This document shows, piece after piece, positions 1-14,925 of a stretch of 64,000 nt of DNA. The stretch spans positions 39,992,001 through 40,056,000 of the forward strand of contig CM097885.1 of NCBI GenBank assembly GCA_044892525.1, given 5' to 3'. Below the pieces are notes generated by a model, which worked only from the letters and a program-made list of their open reading frames with translations, did no database searches and had not been told where the DNA came from. The translations under genes and the position numbers were made by a program. The stretch comes from Schmidtea polychroa (Eukaryota). Numbering within the stretch: the stretch's first letter is position 1; each line of letters begins with the position of its first letter.

Positions 1-1718
1 TTGACATTTCACCAAAAAATAATAAAAATGAAAAAAGAATAGTCAACAAGGTCTTTTAGTGACATACAAAACCTTTTATCAGCTCACATTTTGGGTTTGC
101 CATTATTTATGTTCTTGATAAAATAGGTCTTGGATAATTATTAAATCTTCTTCGTCTATCATTTACATTATAATATTTCTTTAAATATCACTTTTATATC
201 TTTATTCTTCAACTGATAGTTAGTCAGTGGGCGAGGGCATTTCCTGGTTTCGTCTAAATACAAATCGGTTATTTAAATTATACGTTTAAAATGCAAGATT
301 ATCTAATCAGTTTGAGTAAAGATGGTTTTATCAATATAAAAAGGAATTTCAACTTTACAAGGGTCGTTATCGTAATTTTTGGAGAGGGATCGTAACTACT
401 CTTAAAGAATGCAAGGGGGTTAAAACTAGTATAATTAAATGTCATATTTTACACATTTTAAGCTCTCTCTCCATTTACTACTCACTAAAAGTCAGTAGTC
501 GATAGATTTCTTTTCTTTTTGGCGCACATGGTGTGAAAGATTGAAAGAACTTGGAAATAAGTTTATTTACATCAATAATTTTTAATAGATTTATTTATTT
601 ATTTTAATTAATTTAGCTAGTTATTTTTATAAATTTTATTTCTGTTCAATTATTTTAATTAATTTTAATATTAATTATTATTTTTTTTTAATTTATATTT
701 TAATAATTTTAAATTAATAATTTTTAAATTAATAATTTTTAATTAATAACTCATGTATTATTTCCTTTAATTTATTTATTTTTAATTATTTTTTTATTTA
801 TATATATGATTTTTATTTATTAAGATTTTTGTATTAACATTTTGGTAAATGTCAGTTGACTAATACAGTGGTCCCTAACATAGGTTCCCTAGGACAAAAG
901 AAGGACCAAAGAAGGCAAAATTAGATACCAGTAGTTTTTCAGGCATTTATCTGATGAGTTTATATATACACAATAATTTATTAATTCTTCTTCATAAGTT
1001 TTATTTCTTATATCTATTGTTAATATATTTTAAGACAAATTTATCGTGATTTCTAACCTATATATTTTTTTGCATAAATAACAATTTGTACTGAATGCCT
1101 GTTTTTGTTCAAAGTAATGAGTGGCATTGAATTTCCCATTTTTTATGTAATTTCCTTTTAATAACGATTCTGATTCCTTCAATGATAAAATTTTTGATGT
1201 TATTAAAAAATTTTGTTTTGACATACAATGCATATATAATAATTTTTGATTTGATAATATTTTCCCTATTTCAAGACAGTTATCGTCATTCAGGATAAAT
1301 TGGCAATAGTTTCGGTAAAGCTTACAGTAATTATGAAGAATATGCTAACATGTTAAAAAATTCAATTAAAAATTATTATATTAAGCGTAATTAATTTAAT
1401 TAAACTTTTATTTTATATTATTTCATAACTGAGATTGTTGTTTGGCATACCAAGCAAGCAATGTTGCCGGAATACAAAAGTATTTAGTTTTAGAGATGTT
1501 TATGGTAAGTCTTATTTTCGGGGTACGCCTTATTATAGGGGAAATACGGTAATTACAGTATGTCCTACTAAAATTTGATGATCTTGAATTTAATTATTTA
1601 AAATTTTTCAGTTTTATTTAAATAAATATATTTAATAAAATTAAAAATTGTATTTTTAAAAAGCAAAAAATATGACAATATTAATTATATGCTAAATTGT
1701 TATGAAACTAAATTTAGA

Positions 1719-4700
1719 AGCGGCATGGAAGTCAAACTAAACGAAAAAGAATGTCCACTTATTCCTAATATTAATCCTTTAGGCCGTCAAGCAACCAATA
1801 ATGGCAATTGTAAATAGATATTATTAAATTATAATTTATGTTACTTTATAATTGTAGACAGTATAAATCTGGATTGTCCATCAACTAATCGGTTTGTTTT
1901 AATGTTATGAAAATTAAATATTTTATTTAATAATTAAATATATTTATTATAATATTATTATTTAATAAACTTTGATTATTAAAATCCGTATTCCGACAAT
2001 CCGCCAACACAACAACCCAGCAAGTACGACAATTCACCAAACGACAATCCGCCAAATGACAATCCGCCAACAGACAATCTGCCAACACGACAATCCGCCA
2101 ACACTAAAAAATTGGCCAACGCTGACATTTATAAAAAAAAATATTATAGGTCATCATATTAAAATTAATTCACATATACTTGTACAACAAATTTGCCTAA
2201 ATAATCAATCAAATAAAAGCATTAAAATCAAATGCCAGTACCTTTATGATCAGTATCATTGCGACATGTTGAATGTGAGTAGTACTCTTGTGAGCAATAT
2301 CCATAGGGGGTCAAAACATCTTGTCGGATAAACACAGAGTATATATAATAAAACGAATTAACTCATTCAAATTTATCATTGAATCAGTCAAATTATCACA
2401 AATTTTGATAAAAAATCTTGTTTACCTCTCAGCCAGTTAAATTGTTTAAATATTTAATTAAGATTTTATATTAAACAATTACTAGTTGATTCTTATCTTT
2501 CAGCGGAGAATTTATTATTAAAATTTTAAAAATATAATAAATTTAAAATGTATATATGTTAAAACAAAAATTTATCGACTTTTTGGTGGATTGTCGCTTT
2601 GAACTATTTGGCGGATTGTCATTTGGCGAATTGTCGTTTGGCGGATTGTCGCCAGCCTATTAATGATTTGGCGGATTGTCGTTTGGCGGATTGTCGTACA
2701 ACCATTAAAATCAACTAAATTAATGAATTCGTGAATTGAATTATGTAAAAAAAATTATGAAGGTTGTTATATATAATCAGGTGTATGATTGGGAACATAT
2801 TGAAAAAATAGATAATTCTACTCAGAATTACATTTATTATTAAAATAATTAAATTCAGAATCCCTGCTCCCTAAAGAAAAGAGAAAATTTTTTTTCATTT
2901 ATGCCTAACAATAAAAACTTTTACTAAATGGAAATGATGTTCAAACAAAAATTTGTGTAAATGAAATAAGTGCAACTTTTGGATATAAACGAAATGGCAA
3001 TAGTTATGCAGATATGTTACAACATATCCCATTATAGGAACAATGTAAATTAAAGCATTGTAAACCAAACTGAAAAAGGTGAAGACCAATAATGTGATGC
3101 TATTGCAACGAATTATATGCCATTTAAGTCTGAATCGTGGGTCTGAAATAGAACATATTGTCAAATGGATAAATGAGAGAATAATTGAAATATAATATAA
3201 TATAGTCGAAAGTATAATATAGTCGAAGCTATGAAAAAAATGTGTGAATGAAATGTAACTAGATGAATAAAAAAATCTTTTAAAAATGGAAATAAGTAAC
3301 GTAGAAATAACAATAGAAGGACAAAAAATAACTTGTTTGACGAATTACATCGAGACTTTGGGCATATCGGCCTTGGGAGAATTAGATGGATTGTTTGAAA
3401 ACACTTTTGAACTAAGATAGAAATAACAATGGATGAAATAAACAAACGAAAGAGTTTGACATAGACAATCTAGTTGGAATATTCTTGTATAAATCAGTAT
3501 AAAAAAATTGTTATTAAATTCATTCAGTAATTAAATTACCATCTACTGTCAATTGTAAGTATGTCAAATTTTTACTTTTACCCATTTTTGTTCCTTGAAT
3601 TTAATTACAGTAAAATGTTTTTTTACACTGTCTTTTTTTACACGATTTTGCAGAAAATCATGTAAATAATTAAAAAAAAAATTTTGGAATTCTTGTTAAA
3701 TCAAAAATAACATGTAAAAAAATTTAAAATTTCGTGTTATTTCAAAATCGTGTAAAAAAAGATTTTACTGTAGTTTATTATCAAACATTTCCCTTTCATT
3801 TACATGTATCTTTTCCATATTAATTGAGTCACTAATTAGTATCACTTCTTTTAATATTTGTTACATTTACGTTCACAATGATCATATGGAACCATTCCTG
3901 TACAAGTCTTATAAATGTTGTAGGAAAATTGTAAATTCAATCAAAAATTCCTTGTCATTTAATACATTGGGAATCATGGGGTAACTCAACCCTCGTGCAA
4001 TGAAAAGCCTAGATAAAAGTGATTTGTCGGTATATTTTGGACAACAAATTTTCAATGCGAAGGACATTCAAGAATTACTAATAGAATTAGAGGCGGATGA
4101 ACAGCTTTAGCGATAATGGCATTTAGGATAATCCAAATTAATTCATAGGACGGTATTACAAATTGAAAAGATGAATTTTAAAATTTTACTATAATATGTA
4201 TGAAAGGTTTAGACCTAACTGAAAGATTGGAGATCAAGTTTCCATATGATGATATTTTCAAAAAATTTAGCAGACAATTCCACAAATGCTTATCTTCATA
4301 CATCAAAATTTATAAGAATCTTTCAGCAATAAGTAAACAATATAGTAGGGCATGAAAATCAATGTATCAGAAGATGAGGATCTTGGACATGAAAGAAAAG
4401 GCCTTTGTTTAAAGGTGAATAACAGTGACGAAGATGAAATTATTATTTAATGCATTTGATCAATTATTGTTTAATAAATATATTTGTCTTAGGTATAAAA
4501 AGAAAGTAGGATATTTTTTTAATGTGGGGAACCCGATTTTACACAATAGGTAGATGTGAACCATTTGGAACAGTTGCTACTGGTCAGTGTCATGAGATGG
4601 CGGACATTTTGGTATGAGTAATAGTTGTGTGTGTGATGAGTCTTTGTGGAGATAGAATAAAGATACTGAGTCATTGAAAAAAGAATTTTATTGATCGTAA

Positions 4701-7700
4701 TCGTCTAATTATAACAAAGCCCCCTCGTGAAACTTAAATTTTTATGAAATCGAATAATAGATCTCCCAACTTGTTAAAAAAAATTCTTTTTAAACAAAGA
4801 TCCCTCATTAAAAATTTTTAACTTTTCCAGAAATCGAATAGAAGATTTGAAACTTTTAAAATTTTTCTCATGTATTTCTTACGTATTTCTCATAAAGTTG
4901 AATAATTTACCTAAGAATTTGCTAAAAATTATTTTAAATAATCATGTATTTACCGAGTAATATACATTTATTGACTATAGAGTTTTTTAGATGCACAAAA
5001 ATGTTGAGGATACCTAAATGGAAAATAACATAATAAATAAATAAATTACCTGGGGGAAGATCGCCATGGCAAACGGGACGATATATGGGAACTCAAAAAA
5101 GAAAACGGAAGTAAAAAGAAATGAGAAATGAGAAAGATGAAGGAAACAAAAGAAATTAAACAAGAAAATAAAAACCAAGGTCAGTACTAATTAATTAGTA
5201 CAAAAAGGAAAAGGAATTTTGGAATCGGGAAAAAAGGAAAACAACAATATTCTTATCTCGACAGCCTGCCAGTGATAACGTAATTGCTGGGAGAAGGCGG
5301 TTAAATAAAAAAGGAAAGAGGGAAAATAGCTTGACAGGCGTCAGAGATAAAGATGGAACAGACGAGGAAAACAGGACAAAGAAAGTGGAAAAACACTTGA
5401 AAAAAACAATAGAAGCAAACTATATAAAGAGAAACTAGCAGAGACAAAATCAGACCAAAATTAGAGACAAAAAGTGACACGAAATTAAGACAATTTGTGA
5501 GAGACAATTGTGAGACGATTTGACAGACAATTTGAGAGATAAAATTATTGGAGAAAAATTAGACAACGTCGGACGAAACCTTGTTGGATAAGCGATTGTG
5601 AAAAAGAATTGTAAGAAAATAATTGTGAATAATTGTTGGAGAAGATTTAAATAAAAGAATTAGTTGGAAAATTAAACGAAAAGAAGTTACTTGATTATTT
5701 GAATAAACTTGTGAAGAAGGTCAAAGAAGACATCCAGCTCAAAGTCCCAGTTGATAAACCAATCATTAATTTGTGATTTTTTATTCCGATGTTATACGCA
5801 AGTGCTACTCCTCATCGAGTGTTGTAATAAGCATTGTATAGTCACCAAGTAGTATCAAATTTATTGTCATTGTAAAGTGAAAGTTACTTGTGATCATCAA
5901 TAAAGATTTCTGTTGTCAAGTGTTATTGGTGGATCGTAAAAAGACACGTTTGGAGTCAGAGTAACATTTAAATTTATCACTAACTCTATAACCCAACAAA
6001 AATGCCAAAGTTAATTGTTACTGATATTCATAAATTAGTCAAAGGTCAATCAAAAAATACATGTTTTACTAAAGATTTTGATAAAAGTTACCCTAAAAAT
6101 CCATGAATTTCTCACAAATATATATTATCCAAATGAGCATGTAAGTAATATACTTATGAATTTGATAAATAATGTCATGAAATGTACATATTATTACTGA
6201 AATCGTATAAGAATTTTGCTGAATGTCACTCTAAATCGTGGATGTAAATCGTGCATGGTAAATTTTTTGAAGGCTGGCGAACCGCATAAAAACTTCAACC
6301 ACATTTAAAAGTTTATTTTCAATATGAAAATGAAAAATACATTGTACATAATATATATGCAAAATGCAAAAAGTTGTGCATAAGAAAAAAATATGTAGGA
6401 CTTGAAGCATAATCCATCTCTCCTATAATTTGAAAAATTCTTCGCTTAACTAGATATGTTTACTTTCAAAGAGTAAGCGTGTTGTTGGAGAAATTTAATT
6501 TAGGTCAGACTCATTGTTCTTTTAATTATGAATTCAGATAATAGTAAAAATTACTGACGTTGGTTATTGGAAAAGTACAAAATCGAGTTAATCGAGTTCG
6601 CCCATATATGAGGTACCGGTAGGTAACCGGTTAATGACTGGGAAAGAATTTCCGAAGAATATTTACCGACTTACTTAGGCGTTGACTAAAATGTAATAAA
6701 TAAATAACTATTTGAAGCTGTGTGCTTCGACATTTTAAAATAGTAATTGTAAGGAGTTAGTAAAACCTTATATAAAATTATTATGGTTAAATGGTAGAAG
6801 TGAGATCAGTTAGTAGAAATAATTATTTCTGTTAAATTTTTATATTTAAATTCTATATTAAATTATATCATATTATATTAAATTATATTAAATTAAATCA
6901 ACTAAATGTATTGACCAGTAGTTACATTAATATTAATAATTATCACGCCTCGGTGTTAAAATACGCTATTAAACGGCACAATTTTGAAGTTGTTATAAAA
7001 AATAAATGCTTGAAGAAGATTTGAATTTAATTGCGTCTAACAGTAATTAAAGATTTCTTTCAGTCCTTTTCGTTGTTATAAATTAAAATAAACTGTTTCA
7101 ATCGTAAATTTGATTTATTTTTGTTTTCAAGGAATCAAGATAAGGATTCGATCATAAATTCAGAAGAAGTGGAAGAGAATGGTTCCCATCTAAATATTGT
7201 ACAGTCTCCTAGCCGCCGATTTAGTGACAACAGTCCTTATAAAGATGGTAAACTAGGGTCCCAAAAAAGACCCCGCTCAGTTTCACAAATTGTTACTTGC
7301 CATTCTGTAAAGGGTGACTTGAAAAATAACTGCAATCCTATTAGCGTTGTTGATAATTATAGGAAAAATTCGTTTCATTTGCGACCGTTTGATTTGGCCT
7401 CGTCAAACAAGACCAAGATATCTCACAGTATGGAATTCATTAACCATAATAAAACATCGTATGACCAAGTTGATGGAAGAAAAGTTCATAGCTTCGATTG
7501 TGATTTAATCCGGTTGAATTCAAAATCACAGAACGTTTTTCAAAGAGACAAAGACAAATCTAAAGAACTCAGTAAGTCGCTAATGTCATTCCTTCAAAAA
7601 TTATCCCAAGTTAAAACAAAAAATTTTGATGATAAAAGGAAATCTCCTTCAAAGGGGGGACAAATATTAAAAAATATAAATAATACTGAACTCTTTATAG

Positions 7701-8311
7701 ATCTTGATTTTGCATACACATGCCCATTCCAAATGTCTAAGAATATGAAAAATAACTTACCTAAAAATGGAAGTCTTGAAAGTTCTATTTACATCTCGTC
7801 TTTTGATTCGTCAGAAATGAATGAAGCGTTTCTTGCGGTATCGAGAGAAATCCACAATTCCTGTGACTCTGATCTATGCTTTAAGTCAGCAACTGTTAAA
7901 AGAAAACAATTTTACAGAGAAAAAATTAAACCTAATTCCACAGTTACTCAATACATTCATTGCAACAGTGTAAACCAATCAATTGAGCGAGATTACAGTA
8001 TTGATGAGAAATCAAGCACCATTTTCAAAGAATTCCTTCGAAATGATCCAAATTTAGATAAAAATACTATGGAAGAAAATGTCCGCAAAAGATTGAGAAG
8101 TGAAAGAGGTTTCAGTCATCACAACAGTCAAAATCGAAAACGATCTAAGGCGAGAGTAATTGAAGGATTCAAGAGTGCAAGCTTCACTGATGGTGACAGC
8201 CATCCCCAAACAAACATTCACACGAATTCAATCGAAAGTCAAATAGACACAGTAAACAGGTCTCCGTCACCTTTACCAATGATCATTTTGTCCTCTGACA
8301 GCCAATTTTGA
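1719..8311 (+). CDS. 3' exons of an unidentified host gene (Ser/Lys-rich, probably disordered C-terminus); predicted exons ~1719-1809, 1858-1891, 7132-8311
   Basis: A 396-codon open frame at 7121-8311 begins at an acceptor-like ttttcaag|G. Two small upstream AG/GT-bounded open segments join it in frame (..CPSTN-CG|G-NQDK..). No recognisable domain; upstream exons are tentative. Confidence 0.55.
1987..2703. mobile_element. Non-autonomous foldback element, MULE/Mutator-like
   Basis: Arrays of CGACAATCCGCCAA at the left end and TTGGCGGATTGTCG at the right end; 9-bp direct repeat ATTAAAATC at 1978-1986 and 2704-2712. Confidence 0.75.
3050..3500 (+). pseudogene. Degenerate LTR-retrotransposon pol fragment (RNase H end / integrase zinc-binding region)
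   Basis: Stop-riddled translation includes LHRDFGHIGLGR, resembling the integrase H..H motif, preceded by a KGED..DA-like stretch. Confidence 0.35.
3608..3770. mobile_element. Tc1/mariner (pogo-like) MITE
   Basis: Ends CAGTAAAAT...ATTTTACTG with TA on both sides. Confidence 0.7.
5002..5998. mobile_element. Probable solo LTR
   Basis: About 1 kb of purine-skewed sequence bounded by TGTTG...CAACA, with AAAA on both flanks (weak TSD evidence in AT-rich DNA). Confidence 0.5.
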
Positions 8312-8978
8312 ATGAACTATGAATTTGTTTCGTATTTAAGATCATTGATATCGTATTTAAGTTTCTAAGGTTTCTGTTAGTTTTGTTTTATTAATTCGAA
8401 AATTATTTAAGAAAATTGAGTTATATCAAAAATTTATTTTCTAAATTCATTTGCTAAAATTAATTAATAAATAAAATAAAATAAAATAAAAATAAGAATA
8501 TAAATAGTTAATTGGACTTATCTTATTAGCCTATTTATTAAAAGCTGTATGCACTAAAAATTAACAATTAGTAAAACACAATCACGTGATATTGTGGTCG
8601 TTTGACAATATACCAACACGCAAATAACTTAATACTGTGTAGTTTTGTTTGCAATTTTTATGGGGCAAATATATATGGATGCATTGTTCATATGTATCAG
8701 ACTGTAAGTGAACAATTAGATTATCAAATGTCAAAAGCTGTCAAGAAGCTATACTTTACACAGAAATTTGTTCGGTTAAATTAACTTAAAAGAAAAAAAT
8801 TAAATAAATAAATCCCCAACTATTGTTGTTTTTTGAATTCTAATGATTCAAACAAACTTTTCATTAGATTTTTTGAAGTTAAGACAGGTTTGTTCTTTTG
8901 TATAACAATGGACACTTATTTTCCACTCCTACATCAAAATATGTTAATTTCTCGTTTCAAATCAAGTAATTAATTTTT

Positions 8979-11044
8979 CGCCATTCGTGCATCTTTTTCA
9001 CTATATATTTCGGTAGCGTCACTATCATCATCAGGTTACCTACATTCACGACGGATGAATAACTATACTATATTGATAATATATAAACAATTTATAAAAT
9101 CTATAAATTTTAAATTATAAAGAAAAATTTTAAAGAATTATTTTTTTTTAAATAATTTTCAATAATCAATTATATTTAAACTTTAAACTTTAAAATTTTA
9201 AAATTCTTCAAAAATATTATTTTAATTATTTTTTTAATTATTTAACATAACTATTATTCAATATACATCAACATACAAAAATTTAATTAAAAACATTCAA
9301 CACACTCGTATTCACTGCATTCTGCACATTGATTTTAGAATTAAAAGTTCTTATCAATAATGTTTCACATATCACACGCTCAAAACAATTATCAAAATTT
9401 TTTGATAATATTTTAAAATCAGACATTCCTAATTCTCTCATACAGACTTTATTGTGATCCTTAATATTGGACACTCCTTTCGGTCGACAGTGTGCTTGAA
9501 CTCGAGTACAGAGATGACGGGAAGTCTCTCCAATGTATGTGGCATTACACCAATTACATGTGAATTGATAAACGAGATCCGAACACAATCCAACCGGCGT
9601 TTTAGATTTACTAACAAACATACTACATACTTTGCACGATTTTAGAACAATTCTATAATTCAATGTACCCAGCTGTTTACCAATCTTTCTTTTGAAATCT
9701 TTATATCCTTCAGAATACGACAATACCATCGTATTTTTTGGCTCATCTTTTTTGTTAGTATCAATACATCACTACATCATTCGACATATCAGTCAATTTA
9801 TATTCATTTATACTACGATCCTTAGCATTATTCATACATTTATAAACAGTCTCTTTCAACGTTAACAATAAAAACCGTTTTGAGTAGCCATTCTTCACCA
9901 GTAATTCAACTAATTTATCTAAACTTTTTACTGAATTTTTAAAATTGGAAGATAAGCACCCATGATCGATAAACCAATCCTTTCACCATGTTTCTTTTAT
10001 ATTTAAATTCACAAAAACTTTCTAGGGTAGTATAGAGGCCGGTATCTGTTGGTTTTCTGTAAATTTCTGTCTCATATTGTTCATCTTTACGTTTAATTAA
10101 CAAGTCAAGAAATGCTATGGATGAATCCTTCTCAGTTTCACATGTGAATTTAATGTTCTTATGCAATCCATTCATGTATTGGAAAAATGGTTTCACATGT
10201 TCCTTATTTTTAAATATCAAAAAAATATCATCAACATACCTTTTATACACAATTTGTTTTTCATATTGAAAAGAAGCAAATATTGACGCCATTGTTGGTG
10301 CTAAGGGCGAACCCATAGCCACCTCATCAATTTGTTCATACCATTCATTATTAAAAAGAAAATTAACTTTGGAAGTTGCAAACTCTAAAAGCTTCCTAAA
10401 TGAATTTCCATCACACATATTATGCACATTAATATTTGTATTCCATAATTCACAACATAAATTGGTTGTTTCTTTCAACGGGACATTAATAAATAAACTA
10501 CATAAATCAAACGAAACCATATACTCATTAACATTATTTTTATTCAATGGTCCTATACATGATGCAAATTCGAAACTATCCTTACATTTAAACTCAGATT
10601 TTATTAAGGGTTTTAATAATCCATCTAAATACTTCGCTATTTTATACTGAGCTGTTCATATGTGAAGCATTATTGATAAGAACTTTTAATCCTAAAATCA
10701 ATGTGCAGAATGCAGTGAATACGAGTGTGTTGAATGTTTTTAATTAAATTTTTGGATGTTGATGTATATTGAATAATAGTTATGTTAAATAATTAAAAAA
10801 ATAATTAAAATAATATTTTTTAAATAATTTTAAAAGTTTAAATATAATTTATTGTTTAAAATTTTTATTTATAATATAAAATTTATAGATTTTATAATTT
10901 GTTTATAAATTATCAATATAGTATAGTTATTCATCCGTCGTGAATGCAGGTAACCTGATGACGATAGTGATGCTATCAAAATATATAGTGAAAAAGATGT
11001 ACGAATGCCGATTTTTATTAATAAAATCTTTACCGTGTTTATTT
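8979..11044 (-). mobile_element. Penelope-like retroelement, 5'-truncated, with inverted pseudo-LTR
   Basis: RT remnant (SFDLCSLF, MGSPLAP, RYVDD, YRKPT) followed by GIY-YIG endonuclease (LVYQFTCNWCNATYIGET). Bases ~8979-9372 recur inverted at ~10658-11010. 15-bp direct repeat AAGTAATTAATTTTT at 8964-8978 and 11045-11059. Confidence 0.9.
9283..10650 (-). pseudogene. Penelope RT + GIY-YIG ORF, frameshifted and truncated
   Basis: ORF pieces 9939-10547 (RT) and 9283-9729 (GIY-YIG) are separated by disablements. Confidence 0.85.
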
Positions 11045-11389
11045 AAGTAATTAATTTTTTATTAATTTTGTGCAACATCAACAAATTGTTATTTTGTTTA
11101 TGACACGTATTAAGAGACAAAGAATTGATTTTTAATGATTAGTGTACTTTGTGGGGTCTAGAAAACCGCAACCCCTTTAAAGTGATCCAGTACTCGCAAG
11201 AAACGTTTCACAGAGCTGAAACTTTACGACTTTTTTTGTTTTGCTTTCCTTGTTGGATGATACTAATGTGGAGGTTTACATCACAAAATTTCCATATTAA
11301 TTTGCATTTAATTGTGACGTACTTTATGGAGTTTGACACCTTATCTGCGTACTGGCCGGAATTTGACCACAGCAAATGGTTTATAAGTT

Positions 11390-11900
11390 GTCGGTTGACT
11401 GACTCATTGCAACAAAAAAAAGGCGATTACTGGAACGATTAGAAAAAACAATCGTGCTAGTATAAGCTGGCCTCTATCAAAATGATGCAGTGTATATTAT
11501 ATGGGTTCTCAGTGTTTTCTCAGCTTCTGAAACAAACCGAAGTCACTTGTTATGCTCATTTCTACGATGGACAAACCACCTTTAAGGGAAAATAATCTGG
11601 AAATCGTTAGCTTCTACAACATCCCTAAATTAGCTGTCGATAATATGGACAGGCAAGTGCGATACTATAGTGCAAACCGGAAATGAGTGTTTTCATGAAT
11701 TTAGTAGACATTGCTGGAATTAACACTTCAGTTTTATTCAGACCAGACTAGATTGTCAATTCATTTAGTTGGAGAAGAGAATTTCTAAAGAACCTTGCAT
11801 CGAATTAACAAGGATTACAAGTTGTCGATCCATTATGAAATACAAATAGTAAAAGTTGCACGATCTGCACCCGGTCAACGGATAAGAAAACAAATTTTCA
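11390..11900 (+). pseudogene. Degenerate piggyBac transposase fragment
   Basis: Broken translation gives TGTIRK, VMLIST, FYNIPKLAVDNMDRQVRYYS and FMNLVDIAGIN, matching the C-terminal part of the piggyBac catalytic domain. Confidence 0.65.
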
Positions 11901-12113
11901 ATGTACCATATGTAAATCTCACATGTCCATTGATCCTCGAGCTATGGTCTGCACATTCTCTAGCGAAATGGATTTGTAGTTTTGTAGTTTAGTTTAGGAT
12001 ATTTGTTATGTTTAGGAGGTTTATGTGTACTCATAATATTTTGTTTTTGTGAAAAATGCCTTACTACAATGAATATATCTATCTAAGACATTTGGCAGGA
12101 GTCGGCAGTTTAA

Positions 12114-12184
12114 CCCTTTCAACGCGGTAAATTTATTTAATTATTAAATTCGTGCCACTATAGTCGCTTTACGCGTCCAAAGGG
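12114..12184. mobile_element. 71-bp minimal piggyBac-type element
   Basis: TTAA-CCCTTT...AAAGGG-TTAA with inner inverted ACGCG/CGCGT. Confidence 0.65.
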
Positions 12185-12767
12185 TTAAAGCTCTCTCCAT
12201 CGTGCGAACAATAGTGGTTGGGTCGGTCAAACCTCATAAAGTACGGTAGCGATGATTTTTTCTCAGTATGCTAAGCGTAAAGTAAAAGATTAAAAAACTT
12301 ATCGATAGCGGAATTATTTATAAAAATATAATTCAAATAAATAAGCAAGCCATTTTCACAGTTTTTATTAAATGAAATATTTACACCTAAAATAGGTCTT
12401 GTTCACTCCAGTACGAAAATTAACAAATCTTTTTTTCTTATTCTTCACTTGAAATGTTTGAAAATTTATAACAATTTAAACAAAATTAAAATACTTTTTT
12501 TCAAAATTAAACTTAAAAAGTTAATTTATCAATATTAATATCTAAATCTTTTTTCCTTTTCGAATTTTTTTATTTTAGAAAAAGAGACAGAGAGAAAGAG
12601 AAGTTACATTTCAAATTGAAGTGAACAGGAACAATTTAATTTTTTTGTTTTTTTTAATTATATTATTATTATTGTATTATAAGAACTTTTTTGCCTATTT
12701 CACCACTGATTTTTTTTCCATTTTATTTATTTATTATTATTATTATTATTATTTAACGAAAAGCACG

Positions 12768-12827
<60 letters not shown>

Positions 12828-13917
12828 ATATTTCATAACCGAGATCCGAAAACCATCTAAGTAATAATTGAAATCCACTAATAAACACGAAGTTTAAAAA
12901 GCAGGAATTAGATACCATCTTCCAACATTGAAATGTAAGCCTAAACAAAAAACTGTGCTGCTGATATAAATCAATTCCCTCAGTCGACAGTTATACAGAT
13001 TACTTTATACAGATGAAAAAAAAAATCAAATTTTATTTTATTCAAAGTTGTAAACTGGCCACTTGGCCTAAGGAGAGATTGATTCTCGTCCTTCGAATTC
13101 TGTAGCTTCTATTTCGATATTCTTGGGATGTCGGCATATGGATGCCCACATCGTATACATAAATGTGATTTCAGGTGGATATGTTCTCAGTCCTTAAAAT
13201 TTAAGTTGGGTTGTAGTAGAGATAAACTGATTATAGATAAGGTTATGCTTTGGTGTACTTATATATAGATATTGATATAGATATTTTGTAGCAGGTCTCA
13301 GTGTGTTGGCAAAAGATGTGCGATAGGATGGAGTAATTGGACCTGACTGTGATGAGATTCTCGGGACGTTCTTATATTATATGGTAAATCTTCTTTGTGG
13401 TGGGAGAGATCAGATAGGGGAGTAGTTGAGATCGTGGGTTCCGGAGATTGATCGCAGGTTGTTCAGTGATATGGTAGATCTTTGTGGAGGTCGGCCATTT
13501 GCAGGGAGCACAGGATCAGAGAGGATAATAGTTTGATCGTAGGTCATTTTTTGAGTGATTCGGCCATAGTTTGGATTGGTATTGCAGATCCAGGAGGTTG
13601 ATCATCACTATTGGTTGTGATTGATTCTCTTTGATCTTAAATAAATGTAAATGTTGGAGCAGGAAGGCTCCCCTGCGAGGTTTATAGCGATAATAGCTAC
13701 TTATTATAATATACATTAAAAGGAGTTGGTGACGGTTGGAATAATATTAATGATAATATTAATAGTAATAGTAATAGTAGCAATAATATTAGTAATAGTA
13801 TAGTAGTAATGATTATAATATTGATATGAACGACTAAAAAGACCACCAAATAGGCAGAACCCCTACAAGGATTCCTAGATTAACCCATTCGGTGATTGAC
13901 AGTTACCAGTAGTACAG

Positions 13918-14460
<543 letters not shown>

Positions 14461-14925
14461 AATGATAGCAGCAGGAAGAATCAGCAATAGTAAAGATAGT
14501 GGTAATGGCAGTATTAAGGAGAAAGAGTAATTGGTAGATTATTAGATCAGCAGATTGAGATGGAGTGATTTGGTTGAGTAATTATTTAGTCATAGGTAGT
14601 TAGTTATTTATTTATTAGTTAGCTATAGTAAGTTAGTTATTTAATTATTGGTAGTTATTTAGTTATAGGCAATGTAGTATGATTATGATTTACATATACT
14701 TAGGTGGATGCTTTGCTTACATGTATTGTATTTATTATAGATGAAGGTTTTTGTAAGATTAATCCAAAGGAGGTTAGGCTGCTTTAGTTGTGAATATAGT
14801 TATATAGTATTGTTTAGAAGTTTAAAAGAAAATTATTTAAAAGCTATTTATAGTATAACCATAGTGTACAATATATAATATGGTAATGCTTTGTTTAGGT
14901 AGGTATATATAATAATAATAAAAGA

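Noticed and set aside
1972..2331. 119-aa ORF with TIRQ repeats
   Set aside because: Translation of the subterminal repeats of the MULE-like element.
13057..13130. tRNA gene
   Set aside because: Only an A-box-like 5' stretch; no B box or cloverleaf follows.
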